Below the pieces are notes generated by a model. It had not been told where the DNA came from and ran no database searches. It saw nothing but the letters and a program-made list of their open reading frames with translations. From NCBI GenBank assembly GCA_031414595.1, contig JANNVX010000041.1, positions 96,001-160,000 of the forward strand: a stretch of 64,000 nt of DNA, given 5' to 3'. The translations under genes were made by a program, and so were the position numbers. Below are positions 28,906 through 39,256 of the stretch, piece by piece. Source of the DNA: Deinococcales bacterium (GTDB lineage: Bacteria > Deinococcota > Deinococci > Deinococcales > JAAFIG01). Positions within the stretch are counted from its first letter, which is position 1. Every line of letters begins with the position of its first letter.

Positions 28906-29880
28906 TTACCCACTGATTGGTTTAGCAAACTGCCCACGTTCAGAAAGAATACACGCCAACGCAATACTATTAAATTTTGTTTCGCCACTATCCGCCCGAG
29001 AAGTTAAAATCATTGGCGCACTCGCCCCCATAATAATCCCAGCCACATTGCTGTTAGAAAAGTAAACCAATGTCTTATAGAAAACATTTCCCACATCTAT
29101 GTTATCCACAATTAAGACATCGGCATGACCCGCGACTGGCGAAATAATCCCCTTGATTTCGGCGGCTTGGGGCGAAACTGCATTATCAAGCGCCAACGGA
29201 CCATCTATGGTTGCGCCTTTAATCTGCCCACGGTCTCCCATTTTAGAAATAATAGCGTCATCCACGGCGGTACTCATCTCGGGATTAACCACTTCCACGG
29301 CTGCCAGCATTGCCACTTTAGGTTTCTCGAGACCAAGGGCAATTGATACCGCCACGGCATTCTGCACAATTTCAATTTTAGCTTTTAAGTCCGGTTCGAT
29401 ATTCATTGCCCCATCAGACATGCAAAATAAACGCTCAAATTTATTCGGGGCATCGAAGACCAAAATATGCGATAACAACTTGCCCGTTCTTAAACCCCAT
29501 TCTTTATTCAGCACTGCCCGTAGAATCGTGGCGGTGTCCACCAAACCCTTCATTAAAATATCTGCTCGACCTTCACGCACGGCTTTGACCGCCAATTCCG
29601 AAGCCAAAGCATTGGAAGCCGCATGATGAATCTCGAGTTTAGAAGCATCAATCCCAATTTCTAAACACACGGCTTTAATTTTAGCTTCATCACCAAATAA
29701 AATTGGATGAATCATGCCCTCCAAACGCGCATTATGCACCGCCTCGAGAACATGGTCATCTTCGGCTGCTGCCACTGCCACACGCTTGGTAGCACGCACT
29801 TGACCAATCAGTTTGGCTAAACCAATAATGCTTCGCATGTCACGCAAGGGTTCGATATTCGAGAAATCAAGGGTTTCCAT
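28906..29880 (-). CDS. ptb: Phosphate butyryltransferase / phosphate acyltransferase
   Basis: LMKGLVDT, KVAMLAAVE, DGPLALDNA, LTSRADS. Confidence 0.85.
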   Translation of the reverse strand: METLDFSNIEPLRDMRSIIGLAKLIGQVRATKRVAVAAAEDDHVLEAVHNARLEGMIHPILFGDEAKIKAVCLEIGIDASKLEIHHAASNALASELAVKAVREGRADILMKGLVDTATILRAVLNKEWGLRTGKLLSHILVFDAPNKFERLFCMSDGAMNIEPDLKAKIEIVQNAVAVSIALGLEKPKVAMLAAVEVVNPEMSTAVDDAIISKMGDRGQIKGATIDGPLALDNAVSPQAAEIKGIISPVAGHADVLIVDNIDVGNVFYKTLVYFSNSNVAGIIMGASAPMILTSRADSGETKFNSIALACILSERGQFAKPISG

Positions 29881-29917
29881 AGCAGTATTCTAAACTGTTT
29901 AACGAACAACCAATGGT

Positions 29918-30247
29918 CTAACGTTCGTCGCCATCACCAGAAATTTTGCCGCGTTCTAACCTCGAAAAGAGCTTTTTGATATTGGCGGCAGCAACTTCTT
30001 CAAGGGTCAGGTTTAATTCGGTGCAGAGTTGGGTTAAGTACCACAGCACATCGCCAAGTTCGCCTTTTAAGGCTTGACGGTCTTGTTCAGAAATGATGCC
30101 GTTTTTATCTCTGAAAATCTTTTTAATTTTGCCGGCAAATTCGCCAGCTTCATTGACCAAACCCAGTGTGGGATAGGCAATGCTGTGATGACACTCGACA
30201 GCCTGAGCGGTTTTTCGTGATTCGGTTTGATAAGTGGCAAAATCCAT
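29918..30247 (-). CDS. MazG-like nucleoside triphosphate pyrophosphohydrolase
   Basis: LGLVNEAGE...KK..RD, ELGDVLWY, G.GD.R. Confidence 0.9.
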   Translation of the reverse strand: MDFATYQTESRKTAQAVECHHSIAYPTLGLVNEAGEFAGKIKKIFRDKNGIISEQDRQALKGELGDVLWYLTQLCTELNLTLEEVAAANIKKLFSRLERGKISGDGDER

Positions 30248-30397
30248 GGGTTCATTTTATCCTAAGAGTACGAACCGCCAAGCACCGACCTTGCAAGCCC
30301 ATGTTTTGAGGCATTTCTTAAATTTAAAAAGCACCGCCAAGGGCATCATCAATTTGTAGATGGCAATCTATTTGCCAGTGCGTGGTATTTTTGGCTT

Positions 30398-31315
30398 TTA
30401 ATCCTCGGCTACCCCAAGGGCTTTACGCCACTGCAATACCAAACTCGAGAAAGCTGTGCTGGGTGTGGCATAACGCTCTAAAGCCAGAATTGTCGTCTCG
30501 AGAGCGGCATCAGCTTTTATTCGCGCTGGCACTTCTAAATTTCGCAAGGCAAAACGCAGCGCATCTGGGGTCAGTAAGCGGTCAAAATTCTTCTCGAGCA
30601 TATCGGCGGCGGTGAACGCCTCGAGCAGCCCTAATTGCAATTTTTCTAAGAAATTTTTGGCGCTGTTCATGACCGCTTTGGTTTTTTCGGCTTCGAGAAT
30701 CAGCCCCGGTCTACCCGCCGCAAAAATCAGTAATTCGGGGTCTATGACTTTCATCTGCTGCTCGAGGATAAAATCTGGCACAGGCGGTACTCGGTAACGT
30801 TGCGAACGCGAAACAATAGTGGGAATCATGCCCGAAGCATCCTCGGTGATAAACACAAAACGCGCCTTGTGTGGTGGTTCTTCGATGCTTTTTAAGAGGG
30901 CGTTGGCGGCTGATTCGTTCAAGAACTGCGCCCCATCAAAAATAATCACTTTATGACGGTAACGCGGCGATAATTCAATAAATTCTAAGACATGATGTTC
31001 ATAGTCTTTGCCAGTGTCATGCGAAGCGCTGATTGCCCCAATCGGAATTAAACTGACCCGAGCGCGTTTACCAGTGCTGGTTTCTTCTCGTGGAGAAATC
31101 TCGAGAATATCTGCGTGTGAACCTGATAAAAAATTTTGACACGAGGCACACGCCCCACAAGGCTCGAGACCAGTCGGGGCTTTACAATTGAGGCGCATGG
31201 CGTACCATTTGGCAAGCCCACGCCGTCCCACGCGGGCTGTGCCTTCGAGAATCAGGCTGTTGGCACTGGTCTGCTCGAGTAGCTTTTTTACTTTGTCATG
31301 TCCGATTAAGTTCAT
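30398..31315 (-). CDS. holB: DNA polymerase III delta' subunit
   Basis: IGHD, PCGACASC zinc motif, AANALLKSIEEPP, TIVSR. Confidence 0.88.
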   Translation of the reverse strand: MNLIGHDKVKKLLEQTSANSLILEGTARVGRRGLAKWYAMRLNCKAPTGLEPCGACASCQNFLSGSHADILEISPREETSTGKRARVSLIPIGAISASHDTGKDYEHHVLEFIELSPRYRHKVIIFDGAQFLNESAANALLKSIEEPPHKARFVFITEDASGMIPTIVSRSQRYRVPPVPDFILEQQMKVIDPELLIFAAGRPGLILEAEKTKAVMNSAKNFLEKLQLGLLEAFTAADMLEKNFDRLLTPDALRFALRNLEVPARIKADAALETTILALERYATPSTAFSSLVLQWRKALGVAED

Positions 31316-31363
31316 TTGTCATGACCTATTAAGTTCATTGTCTGCCATGCCTGAAGATGTTCA

Positions 31364-32122
31364 TTACCGACCTATGTCTAAACGCGAAGCCAAGGCTTCA
31401 GGTAGACCAGCCGCCCTAATTTTCTTTTGGGCAGAGGCAATATCGTAGTTGACTCGGTAAATCTCGAGCAGTTTGGTGTTGGTGTCAAAAACGCCATAAC
31501 TGGCTTTGGGGTTGCCGTCTCGAGGTTGTCCAACACTGCCCGGATTGACAATCCAGCGCCCTCTGGGTGGCATTGGCAAACGGTTCTCGTTTTCGACACA
31601 AGCATGAAAAATCGTCACTTCGGTGTTGTTTTCTAAGCAAGCAAAGACCCCAGCCAAATGTGAATGCCCAACAAAAGCCAGTTTGCCAGTCCAGTCCTTA
31701 AAAATGACCCGAGCGATATTGACATTATCCACATACTCTTTAGGGTCGCGTGGTGAACCATGAATAAACATCACCGAAGCCCCATCTAATTTAACACTGG
31801 CTTGTTCTGCCCAAGTTTGCATCCAACCAATCTGACTCGGCAGTAGTTGGGCTAAATTCTGGCGTAAACTCATCCCTACTGGGGTATCCAATTTAATGCT
31901 TTTACCTTGCGCCATCTCGAGCAGCATCTGGTCATGATTGCCGATAATCGAACGTGGTTTTAGCGGCTCGAGTTGTTTGAACACCGCTCCAGCATCCGCT
32001 CCGTAGCCAACAGCATCACCCAAAAAAATCGTCTGTTCAAAATTGCGTCTTAAAGCATCTTCAAGCACCGCTTCAAGCGCATCTGAGTTACTGTGAATAT
32101 CGGCAAGCAACAAGTAGCGCAT
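31364..32122 (-). CDS. Metallophosphoesterase family protein
   Basis: DIHSN, GDAVGYG, GNHD, HGSP, GHSH, NPGSVGQPRD. Confidence 0.93.
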   Translation of the reverse strand: MRYLLLADIHSNSDALEAVLEDALRRNFEQTIFLGDAVGYGADAGAVFKQLEPLKPRSIIGNHDQMLLEMAQGKSIKLDTPVGMSLRQNLAQLLPSQIGWMQTWAEQASVKLDGASVMFIHGSPRDPKEYVDNVNIARVIFKDWTGKLAFVGHSHLAGVFACLENNTEVTIFHACVENENRLPMPPRGRWIVNPGSVGQPRDGNPKASYGVFDTNTKLLEIYRVNYDIASAQKKIRAAGLPEALASRLDIGR

Positions 32123-32195
32123 TAAGAGTCTCCAACCAAGTCAAAAACGTAAATCAAGATGAAAACAGTATACCTTGCAAATTATAAAAACCAAA

Positions 32196-33038
32196 TCAAA
32201 CTTGCACAGGCTCCATTAAAATCCCATATGTGCCAGGTCCAACGTGGGCGGCAATCACTGCACCACACTGAATCACGCCAAATTCTTGTACTCCGAGTTT
32301 CTTACCTTCTTCACGGGCTGGTGCGACATCTTCGGGCTTATCGGTGTAAATATAGGCTGCCCTGACCTGCCCGTGTTTAGCTGTGTATTCACGTAAATTC
32401 TTGACCACATTTTCAAGGGCTGCCCTCGAGCCACGTTCACGCCCCGCCGCTTCGATTTTACCATCCACCAAATGCAAAATCGGCTTAAAACCAAGTAAAC
32501 CGCCCAAGAGTGCCTGAGCGCCACCAATCCGACCATTTTTCTTTAAGAAATCTAGGCTGGCAACACAAAAACGCAAATTGGTCAAAGAAATCAGTTTATC
32601 CAAAGTGGCTTTGATGCTTTCAATACTCGCGCCATCAGCCGCTAGGCGCTGCGCTCGGTCTAACATCATGCCCATCGAGCCACTGGCAGCTTTAGAATCT
32701 ATGACCGTAATTTTACCCGCAAAATCTCTTGCCGAAAGTTCTGCCGAATTGTGTGTGCCACTGAGTTTACTCGAGATATGCAGGCTCAGCACATGGTCAT
32801 GAGACTGCAACAAACGCTCATATTCACGCGAAAAATCCACGGGTGTGGGTTGGCTGGTGCTTGGCATGGCAGCCCCAGCTTTGACCCCATCAAAAATATC
32901 ATGAGCGTTAATCTCGAGTGCATCTTTACGGATTTCATTCTTAAAATTGACGTAAAGCGGCACAACCGTTACACCCATTTGGGCAGCAAGTTCTGGTCTG
33001 ATGTCCGAAGTTGAATCGGTGACAAGCGCAATTTTCAT
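32196..33038 (-). CDS. DegV family fatty acid-binding protein
   Basis: VTDSTSD, TSQP, SSKLSGT, GRIG, HVGPG. Confidence 0.95.
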   Translation of the reverse strand: MKIALVTDSTSDIRPELAAQMGVTVVPLYVNFKNEIRKDALEINAHDIFDGVKAGAAMPSTSQPTPVDFSREYERLLQSHDHVLSLHISSKLSGTHNSAELSARDFAGKITVIDSKAASGSMGMMLDRAQRLAADGASIESIKATLDKLISLTNLRFCVASLDFLKKNGRIGGAQALLGGLLGFKPILHLVDGKIEAAGRERGSRAALENVVKNLREYTAKHGQVRAAYIYTDKPEDVAPAREEGKKLGVQEFGVIQCGAVIAAHVGPGTYGILMEPVQV

Positions 33039-33144
33039 AATTTCTCCTTTGATGATGTGAAAGGAGATTAGCATTCCTCGGGGGTAGAAATGAAGTCTTG
33101 CATCACCATGAAAGTATTAACTTTACGGAAGATACCTGTTGTCA

Positions 33145-33954
33145 CTACGGAATGTACCCTTGGCGCAGTTCAAAAACCTCTCCTGTGACATCGCTAATAA
33201 TTGCATAGAAATAGGTGTCCCAATCAAAACCCCAACCAAAATCTTTGCCATTCAAACCCGCCTCGAGTTCTTTAGGGCTAACAAACATAAATTCACTGGC
33301 AGATTTAAGTAAACGAATCCGTCCAGCTTTAGCAAACATAAAACTACGAAGTGTGGCATTGGTGTTAGAAATCATCAGCCCACCGGGATTATCGTTCATG
33401 GTCTGTCCAACTCGGCGCATTTCACGCTCAGAACCATAAACATTGACAAAATCCAGCACCAACTTAAAGGGGTTAAAGACTGTTTGTTTAGAAATCAGCA
33501 CGGCTTGCTGATAGACACCCGTGATGGCTCGAGTATTGACCTGTTTAATGGCGGTGATTGTGCCACTTGAAATGCTCAGGGAAAAAATCGGGGTGCTTTC
33601 AAATTCGCTTGGTAAGTCATCACTGTTTGAAACCATCAAGCGTAAGTTCTCGAGACTGGTGTTCTTGGCGGTTAAACTCGGGAAAGTTAATAGTGAGACA
33701 CTGGCTTTAGAACTGACAGAATAAGTTCTCAGTAACGGATTTTGATTGCTAAAAACGGCTTTATAGTGCCGTGCTTGAACTGATGTAATCTCTCCTCGAG
33801 AAACCGCGATTTTAGGACTGACCAAATCCACATGGTCAGCTTGCAGGGTGTTCTTCTCGAAACCCGACAGAATGGCGTATTGGGTTTGGGCAACGGCACT
33901 CGAGAAGCCTAGAAAAGCCAAACTGACAAGAAATTGTGCAAAAAGTTTTTTCAT
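33145..33954 (-). CDS. Hypothetical secreted protein
   Basis: Signal peptide (MKK...AVA); GGAG RBS; no family recognised. Confidence 0.65.
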   Translation of the reverse strand: MKKLFAQFLVSLAFLGFSSAVAQTQYAILSGFEKNTLQADHVDLVSPKIAVSRGEITSVQARHYKAVFSNQNPLLRTYSVSSKASVSLLTFPSLTAKNTSLENLRLMVSNSDDLPSEFESTPIFSLSISSGTITAIKQVNTRAITGVYQQAVLISKQTVFNPFKLVLDFVNVYGSEREMRRVGQTMNDNPGGLMISNTNATLRSFMFAKAGRIRLLKSASEFMFVSPKELEAGLNGKDFGWGFDWDTYFYAIISDVTGEVFELRQGYIP

Positions 33955-33962
33955 GGGTTCTC

Positions 33963-34391
33963 CTAAAAGAACTTTTGAACAGCTTTAGAAAGCTCAAACC
34001 CACGTTTATCAAGATTGACACAACGCAAACGAGCCGTGGTGACATCACAGGTAAAGCCGCCTGCTTTCCAAGTTTTGCCATATGCCAAGGTCTTATAATT
34101 TGGGTTTTTAATCGTGTCGCCATAACAACCACGTTCGGCTTTACCGCGCTGGCTCATGCCAAAACGGTAGCCATAATCAAGATTGCAATCCTTTGGGTTG
34201 GCTGGAATTTTAGCGGTGATTTCAGTCATTTCGCACTGCATTTCGGCTGTATTTGCCACCTTGTCACGCCAAGCAATACAGTAAATATTATTACTTGGTG
34301 TTTTGAAACTTCCAATGTCTTCAAAACCTTGGGCATAAGCAAGGGCGAAAAATGCCAGACTCGAGACGACCACAGCCGTAATTATTTTCAT
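33963..34391 (-). CDS. Secreted Cys-rich protein (DUF6636-like)
   Basis: F.TPS.NI.C, C.GDT, L.YG..W...G..C.....G..C.N....GF.LS. Confidence 0.7.
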   Translation of the reverse strand: MKIITAVVVSSLAFFALAYAQGFEDIGSFKTPSNNIYCIAWRDKVANTAEMQCEMTEITAKIPANPKDCNLDYGYRFGMSQRGKAERGCYGDTIKNPNYKTLAYGKTWKAGGFTCDVTTARLRCVNLDKRGFELSKAVQKFF

Positions 34392-34454
34392 ATTCTTACC
34401 TCGAACTTTATTTTACAGCCCCAACGTGACACCAGCGTGACTCGAGAAGGTAGT

Positions 34455-34497
34455 TTTCCTCTTTCCTCTTTCCTCTTTCCTCTATACCCTATTCTCC
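34455..34497. repeat. Short heptamer repeat (TTTCCTC)n
   Basis: About 4 TTTCCTC copies followed by degenerate copies. Confidence 0.7.
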
Positions 34498-34950
34498 ATG
34501 CGTGAATACACTGTCCGAGTTGGTACACCATCCGATGCGACTGGCTTAGCCCCAATTCTAGCCGAACTCCTAAAACGCCCTCGGCTCGAGGAAGGGGTTC
34601 TGGCAGCGCTGAACACCAATGTGCTGCGCTTATTGCAAACCCCCGGGGCGACTTTTTTAGTAGCAGAGACCGCTTCGGGTGCATTGCTTGGGTTTGCTTC
34701 GCTGCATGTTCGTTGGGGACTGCTTGACCAAAGCCCAAGTGGACTAATAGACCGTGTGGTGGTGCGCCCAAGTGTAGTTGACTCGAGTGTCGCCAGTGCG
34801 CTTTTAGAACAAGCCCTAGGCGCGTGCCAAGGCATGGGATGCTCGAGCATAGATTTGGTTTTAACGCTGGAAAGTACCGTGGATAAGGGTGTACTCGAGG
34901 GGTTTGGGTTTGCAGAATTGGGTAAGCGTTTTCATTTAGAAGTTTTATAA
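34498..34950 (+). CDS. GNAT family N-acetyltransferase
   Basis: FLVAE...LLGF, I..VVV.P, ALLEQA, GF pattern; acetyl-CoA motif A is degenerate. Confidence 0.7.
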   Translation: MREYTVRVGTPSDATGLAPILAELLKRPRLEEGVLAALNTNVLRLLQTPGATFLVAETASGALLGFASLHVRWGLLDQSPSGLIDRVVVRPSVVDSSVASALLEQALGACQGMGCSSIDLVLTLESTVDKGVLEGFGFAELGKRFHLEVL

Positions 34951-34996
34951 GACAAAAAGCACAGCAAAATGCCGCCCAGTGTGGCAAAATAGGATT

Positions 34997-35821
34997 ATGA
35001 ATCTAGCAGCCTTTATGGGCGAGTTCAAAGCCGAAGCCTACGACCACTTGGAAAAGTTGGATCAGGGCTTGTTGCAACTCGAGCGTGATCCAAGCAATAA
35101 CCAACTTATTCGTGGTCTATTTTTAAGTATGCACACGATTAAAGGCGGCGCGAGTATGCTCGAGTTAAAGGCATTAAAGCACCTGACCCATGCCTTTGAG
35201 GATGTGCTGGCGAGGCTACGTGACCACGGTGAGGCTTGTGATTCGAGTACCGCGACCTTATTGCTGAAGGCTGTGGACATGGTTCGTGAAATTGTGGACA
35301 CCGACCCGAGCATGGAAACGATGTCGCCACCTGTCGAAGACATGACCAATAAATTGCGCCAACGTGCTAGTGGGGTGATTGTCACCCTCGAGCCAAGTGC
35401 TTCGGTCAGTGGGATTCAGGCTTCATTAGCCGACCTCGACCCGCCGATTGAGACCAAAGCTGCCACAAAATCCAATTTGGCACTATTACTCGAGCCTTCC
35501 GAAACAGCCCGAAACGTCATGACCACCCAACTCGAGAGCGCTGGTTGGACAGTGGCGGGGTTTGCTTCGGCTACCGAAATTCAAAATCGTGTTGCCGAAG
35601 CAGGTTTATTGGTTTTGCCACTCGAGCCAAGCGGTGGGATAGATGGTTTAGCACTGGCGAGGGATTGGCGGGCATTTGGTACAAAAACCCCGATTGTGAT
35701 TACCGCCCTAGAATTTAGCGCTGCCCAAGAAACCGATGCCAAAACCCTTGGGGTGGCATGTGCGCCTAAACCAAGTTGGCGTGATTCGCATTTGACTGAA
35801 CTTGCAAGGAGCTTGGTGTGA
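34997..35821 (+). CDS. CheA-P1-like Hpt domain plus degenerate receiver domain
   Basis: F..EA.DHL..L...LL.LE and LFLSMHTIKGGA phospho-His motif; C-terminal REC-like fold (DGLALAR, PIVITA, KP); no HATPase. Confidence 0.8.
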   Translation: MNLAAFMGEFKAEAYDHLEKLDQGLLQLERDPSNNQLIRGLFLSMHTIKGGASMLELKALKHLTHAFEDVLARLRDHGEACDSSTATLLLKAVDMVREIVDTDPSMETMSPPVEDMTNKLRQRASGVIVTLEPSASVSGIQASLADLDPPIETKAATKSNLALLLEPSETARNVMTTQLESAGWTVAGFASATEIQNRVAEAGLLVLPLEPSGGIDGLALARDWRAFGTKTPIVITALEFSAAQETDAKTLGVACAPKPSWRDSHLTELARSLV

Positions 35822-36786
35822 TCGAAGCGCGACGAATTTTAATCATCGAAGATAGTTTACTGATGCGTAACTTGTTGGTCGGTTTACTCGACGGGGCTGG
35901 TTACGGCGATATTCGAGCGGTCGGGACACTCGAGCAAGGACTGCGCTTATTGGGAATGCGAAGCGAACCTGGCGAGCAATTCAGTCTGATTTTAATGGAT
36001 AAACTCCTGCCCGATGGTGACGGTATAGATGGCATCCGCGAAATCAGACAAATTCCGCACTTAACCGAAAAACCAATTATCATGGTCACGGGTTTTGATG
36101 ACCGCGAAACCCTGCGCGAAGCCTTTGACGCTGGGGCAAGTGACTTTATCAACAAGTCCTTTGATGAAACCGAATTGCTGGCTCGAGTCCGCAGCGCCCT
36201 GCGTTTAGATGCTGCCATCGAAGCCGCCAAGAGCCGCGAAGCCGATTTGCGGCGTTTAACCCGAGAACTCGAGAAGCTCTCCTACACCGATGGTCTAACC
36301 AAAGTGACCAATCGCCGTGGTTTTGACGCTGCCTTAGAACGGGCATGGGTTGAAAGTTATGAGCAGCGCAAACCCTTAAGTGTGGTGATGCTCGATGTCG
36401 ATCATTTCAAAAAGTACAACGATGCCCTCGGACACCAACAAGGTGACGAGTGTCTAAAAGCCGTGGCTGCCGCCTTAGAACAACAAGTCAATGCCAGTGG
36501 CGAAGCCCATATGTTGGCTCGCTACGGTGGCGAGGAATTCGCCGCAATTCTCCGCACCAATGCCAGTACCGCCCAGTATGTTTCCGAAAAACTCCGCTCG
36601 AGTATCCAAGAATTACAATTGGTACACCCCAACTCTACCGTTGGCAGTTTTGTCAGCATCAGTGTTGGTTTAACCACCGTTATTCCAGATGAACGCAGCA
36701 CAGCATCCGATTTACTGGCGGCGGCTGATTCGGCTTTGTACCAAGCTAAAAATACGGGTCGTAACCGTGTGGTGATGAAGTCTTGA
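35818..36786 (+). CDS. Response-regulator diguanylate cyclase (REC-GGDEF)
   Basis: IIEDS, LMDKLLPDGDG; TDGLT, DVDHFKKYND, RYGGEEF. Confidence 0.95.
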   Translation: MIEARRILIIEDSLLMRNLLVGLLDGAGYGDIRAVGTLEQGLRLLGMRSEPGEQFSLILMDKLLPDGDGIDGIREIRQIPHLTEKPIIMVTGFDDRETLREAFDAGASDFINKSFDETELLARVRSALRLDAAIEAAKSREADLRRLTRELEKLSYTDGLTKVTNRRGFDAALERAWVESYEQRKPLSVVMLDVDHFKKYNDALGHQQGDECLKAVAAALEQQVNASGEAHMLARYGGEEFAAILRTNASTAQYVSEKLRSSIQELQLVHPNSTVGSFVSISVGLTTVIPDERSTASDLLAAADSALYQAKNTGRNRVVMKS

Positions 36787-36789
36787 AGA

Positions 36790-36817
36790 AAGGCGAAAGT
36801 TAAATCGCTTTCGCCTT
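36790..36817 (+). terminator. Hairpin after the cyclase gene
   Basis: AAGGCGAAAG-8nt-CTTTCGCCTT with a T-rich tail. Confidence 0.6.
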
Positions 36818-36854
36818 GTCTTGCCTTTATGCCCGTAAAGCGTTACCTTAAACC

Positions 36855-37148
36855 ATGTTCTCTTTTTTCAAAAAACGTGAAACCACACCGCAATTCCTTA
36901 AATTTGATGGACAGAATGCCTATCGGGTGCGGATTCGGACTGCTAAGCGCGGTGAAATCGTCGAGATTCGCTTTACCCGCAGTGGTGACATCTCGAGTGA
37001 TGAGGGCGGTTTTTATGTGCGAAAAGGAGTGGTCGGACCTAATAGTTTTGACCGTGCCACGCTCGAGGTTCGTTTTAGCAGTGGGTACAGTAAACCCATT
37101 ATTACTGTGGATGGCGGCGAAGCTGTGCCTGTGAACGAATGGGAATAA
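36855..37148 (+). CDS. Hypothetical protein
   Basis: 97-aa ORF coupled to rnhB (TAATG). Confidence 0.6.
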   Translation: MFSFFKKRETTPQFLKFDGQNAYRVRIRTAKRGEIVEIRFTRSGDISSDEGGFYVRKGVVGPNSFDRATLEVRFSSGYSKPIITVDGGEAVPVNEWE

Positions 37149-37759
37149 TGTGGAGTCTCGAAACTCAGCACTGGGCAGATGGGGCTAAATTTGTGGCTGG
37201 AATAGATGAAGCTGGACGTGGCGCATTGGCGGGACCAGTTTGTGTGGCAGCCGTGATTTTACCGCCAGACCAAAAACCACGTTTTTACCGTGACTCTAAA
37301 ACCTTATCGAGCAGCAAACGCCAACAACTGGCGCTCGAGATTAAACAAGAAGCCTTGGCGTGGGCAATCGAATTTGCATCTGCTACCGAAGTAGACCAGC
37401 ACAATGTCTTACGCGCCACGCACCGCGCTGCCGCTCGAGCCATTGCCCAGTTAAACCTTGCCCCAGATGCCCTGATTACTGATTACTTGAAACTGATAAC
37501 CACCTTACCGCTTTTAGCTCCAGCTAAAGCCGACTCGAGCAGTTACAGTGTGGCGGCAGCCAGTATCCTTGCAAAAACGGCTCGAGATGAATATATGGTT
37601 GCCCTTAGTCAGCAACACCCAGCGTATGGTTTTGAAGCCCACAAGGGGTATGGCTCAAGTCGGCATCTTCAAGCCCTCGAGCAGTACGGGGTTTTACTCG
37701 AGCATCGCAAAACCTTTGCTCCTGTGGCATTGCTGGTGAATGGTTTGGACTTTGGGTAA
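37148..37759 (+). CDS. rnhB: Ribonuclease HII
   Basis: GIDEAGRG..AGPV, DSK, AAASILAK..RD, HKGY. Confidence 0.95.
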   Translation: MWSLETQHWADGAKFVAGIDEAGRGALAGPVCVAAVILPPDQKPRFYRDSKTLSSSKRQQLALEIKQEALAWAIEFASATEVDQHNVLRATHRAAARAIAQLNLAPDALITDYLKLITTLPLLAPAKADSSSYSVAAASILAKTARDEYMVALSQQHPAYGFEAHKGYGSSRHLQALEQYGVLLEHRKTFAPVALLVNGLDFG

Positions 37760-37799
37760 TACATTGCATGATATGATTTTGTCGTACCTCGGAGGATTC

Positions 37800-38150
37800 A
37801 TGAAGTTTGATTATCGCATCCCCACAATGAAATTCTCAAAGGTATACCCGTTGTATCTCGAGAAGGTAAAACGCAAAAATCGCAGTCAAGAAGAAGTAGA
37901 TCAAGTCATCTGCTGGTTGACTGGTTATGACCAAATTGGATTGCAACAGCAGCTAGACCAACAAAGTGACTTCGAGACATTTTTTGCCCAAGCGCCTGCT
38001 ATCCACCCCAATAGCTCAAAAATCAAAGGCGTAATATGTGGGGTGCGGGTCGAAGACATAGAGAATCCACTGGTGCAAAAAGTGCGATTCTTAGACAAAC
38101 TGATTGATGAACTCGCAAAAGGCAAAGCCATTGATAAGGTTATGCTTTAA
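37800..38150 (+). CDS. DUF2200 family protein
   Basis: F..VYPLY..K, I.WLTGY, GVICGVRVE, LDKLIDELAKG; GGAGG RBS. Confidence 0.85.
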   Translation: MKFDYRIPTMKFSKVYPLYLEKVKRKNRSQEEVDQVICWLTGYDQIGLQQQLDQQSDFETFFAQAPAIHPNSSKIKGVICGVRVEDIENPLVQKVRFLDKLIDELAKGKAIDKVML

Positions 38151-38153
38151 GGG

Positions 38154-39254
38154 TCAAGTGCTTGCTTGTGGTTTTGGCAGTACCACAGTAAAAATCGCTC
38201 CGCCTTCAGGGTGATTTGTGGCATTGACGTTCCCGCCTTGAGCTTCGATTAGGGTTTTTACAATTGCCAGTCCGAGTCCACTACCTCCATCTTGGCGGTT
38301 ACGGGTGGTGTCGGTGCGGTACAACCTTTGGAAAACCCGTTCTAAATCGGCTTTGGCAAGTCCCGTCCCGTGGTCACGAATTTGCAGCGAAATTTCTTGT
38401 TGGCTGCTCTGCACTGTGCAATTGATTTCTGTGCCTTCGGCGGTGTGTTTGACGGCGTTATCGAGCAAATTATAAAGCACTTGTTGGATTCGTTCTCGGT
38501 CAACTTGAACCAGAATGGGTGTGCCAGTCACAGTTATTAAACATTTTTTCTGCTCGGCAATTTGGGCAAAGGCTTGGGCTGCACTTTGTACCAGTTCGGT
38601 AAAATCCAGTTCAACAAAATTAAACTCGAGACCGCCCGAATCGCTTAACGACAGTAATCGTAAATCGCCAACCAAGCGCACCAGTAAGTCAACTTCTTCA
38701 CTCAGGCGTTGAATCACTTGTGGTGAGGCTTGGGTAATCCCATCTTGGATGTACTCGAGTTCGCCTTTTAGCACAGTCAGTGGGGTGCGTAATTCATGGG
38801 CAACATCGGCAACCAGTTGTTTATGTTGTTGTTGTTCTTTTTGTATTTGGTCTGCCATTAAATTAAAGGTCATGCCAAGTTCATGGAGTTCGTCTTGTCC
38901 ATGACTGGTGTAACGCAAATTGCGTTCTCCACGTAGGTAACGGCGGTTTATTTCGGTCAAAGTTCGGACTGGCTTAACAAGGCGCGAAGCTAAAAAAGCC
39001 CCAATCATAAAGGCAAAACTTAGGGCAATAATCGTTGCGCCAACCTGTGAGGCTTGCAGGCTTTTGAGTAATCGTTCTGCGCCTCGTGGCGTTTCGGCTT
39101 GTGGGAAAATCTGCGGCAAAATAGACCCAGAAATCTCGGGAGGACTCAGCCGAATCCGCCCTCGAGCCGCTTGTTCACTCAGCCACGAAGCCATAAAAGC
39201 AGCAATAAATGCCACAACCACAAAAGCCAGTACGAAACGCGGAAAAAGCCTCAT
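38154..39254 (-). CDS. Sensor histidine kinase (BaeS-like, HAMP-HisKA-HATPase)
   Basis: VAHELRTPL, NLLDNA, D.G.G, GSGLGLAI. Confidence 0.95.
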   Translation of the reverse strand: MRLFPRFVLAFVVVAFIAAFMASWLSEQAARGRIRLSPPEISGSILPQIFPQAETPRGAERLLKSLQASQVGATIIALSFAFMIGAFLASRLVKPVRTLTEINRRYLRGERNLRYTSHGQDELHELGMTFNLMADQIQKEQQQHKQLVADVAHELRTPLTVLKGELEYIQDGITQASPQVIQRLSEEVDLLVRLVGDLRLLSLSDSGGLEFNFVELDFTELVQSAAQAFAQIAEQKKCLITVTGTPILVQVDRERIQQVLYNLLDNAVKHTAEGTEINCTVQSSQQEISLQIRDHGTGLAKADLERVFQRLYRTDTTRNRQDGGSGLGLAIVKTLIEAQGGNVNATNHPEGGAIFTVVLPKPQAST

Positions 39255-39256
39255 AC

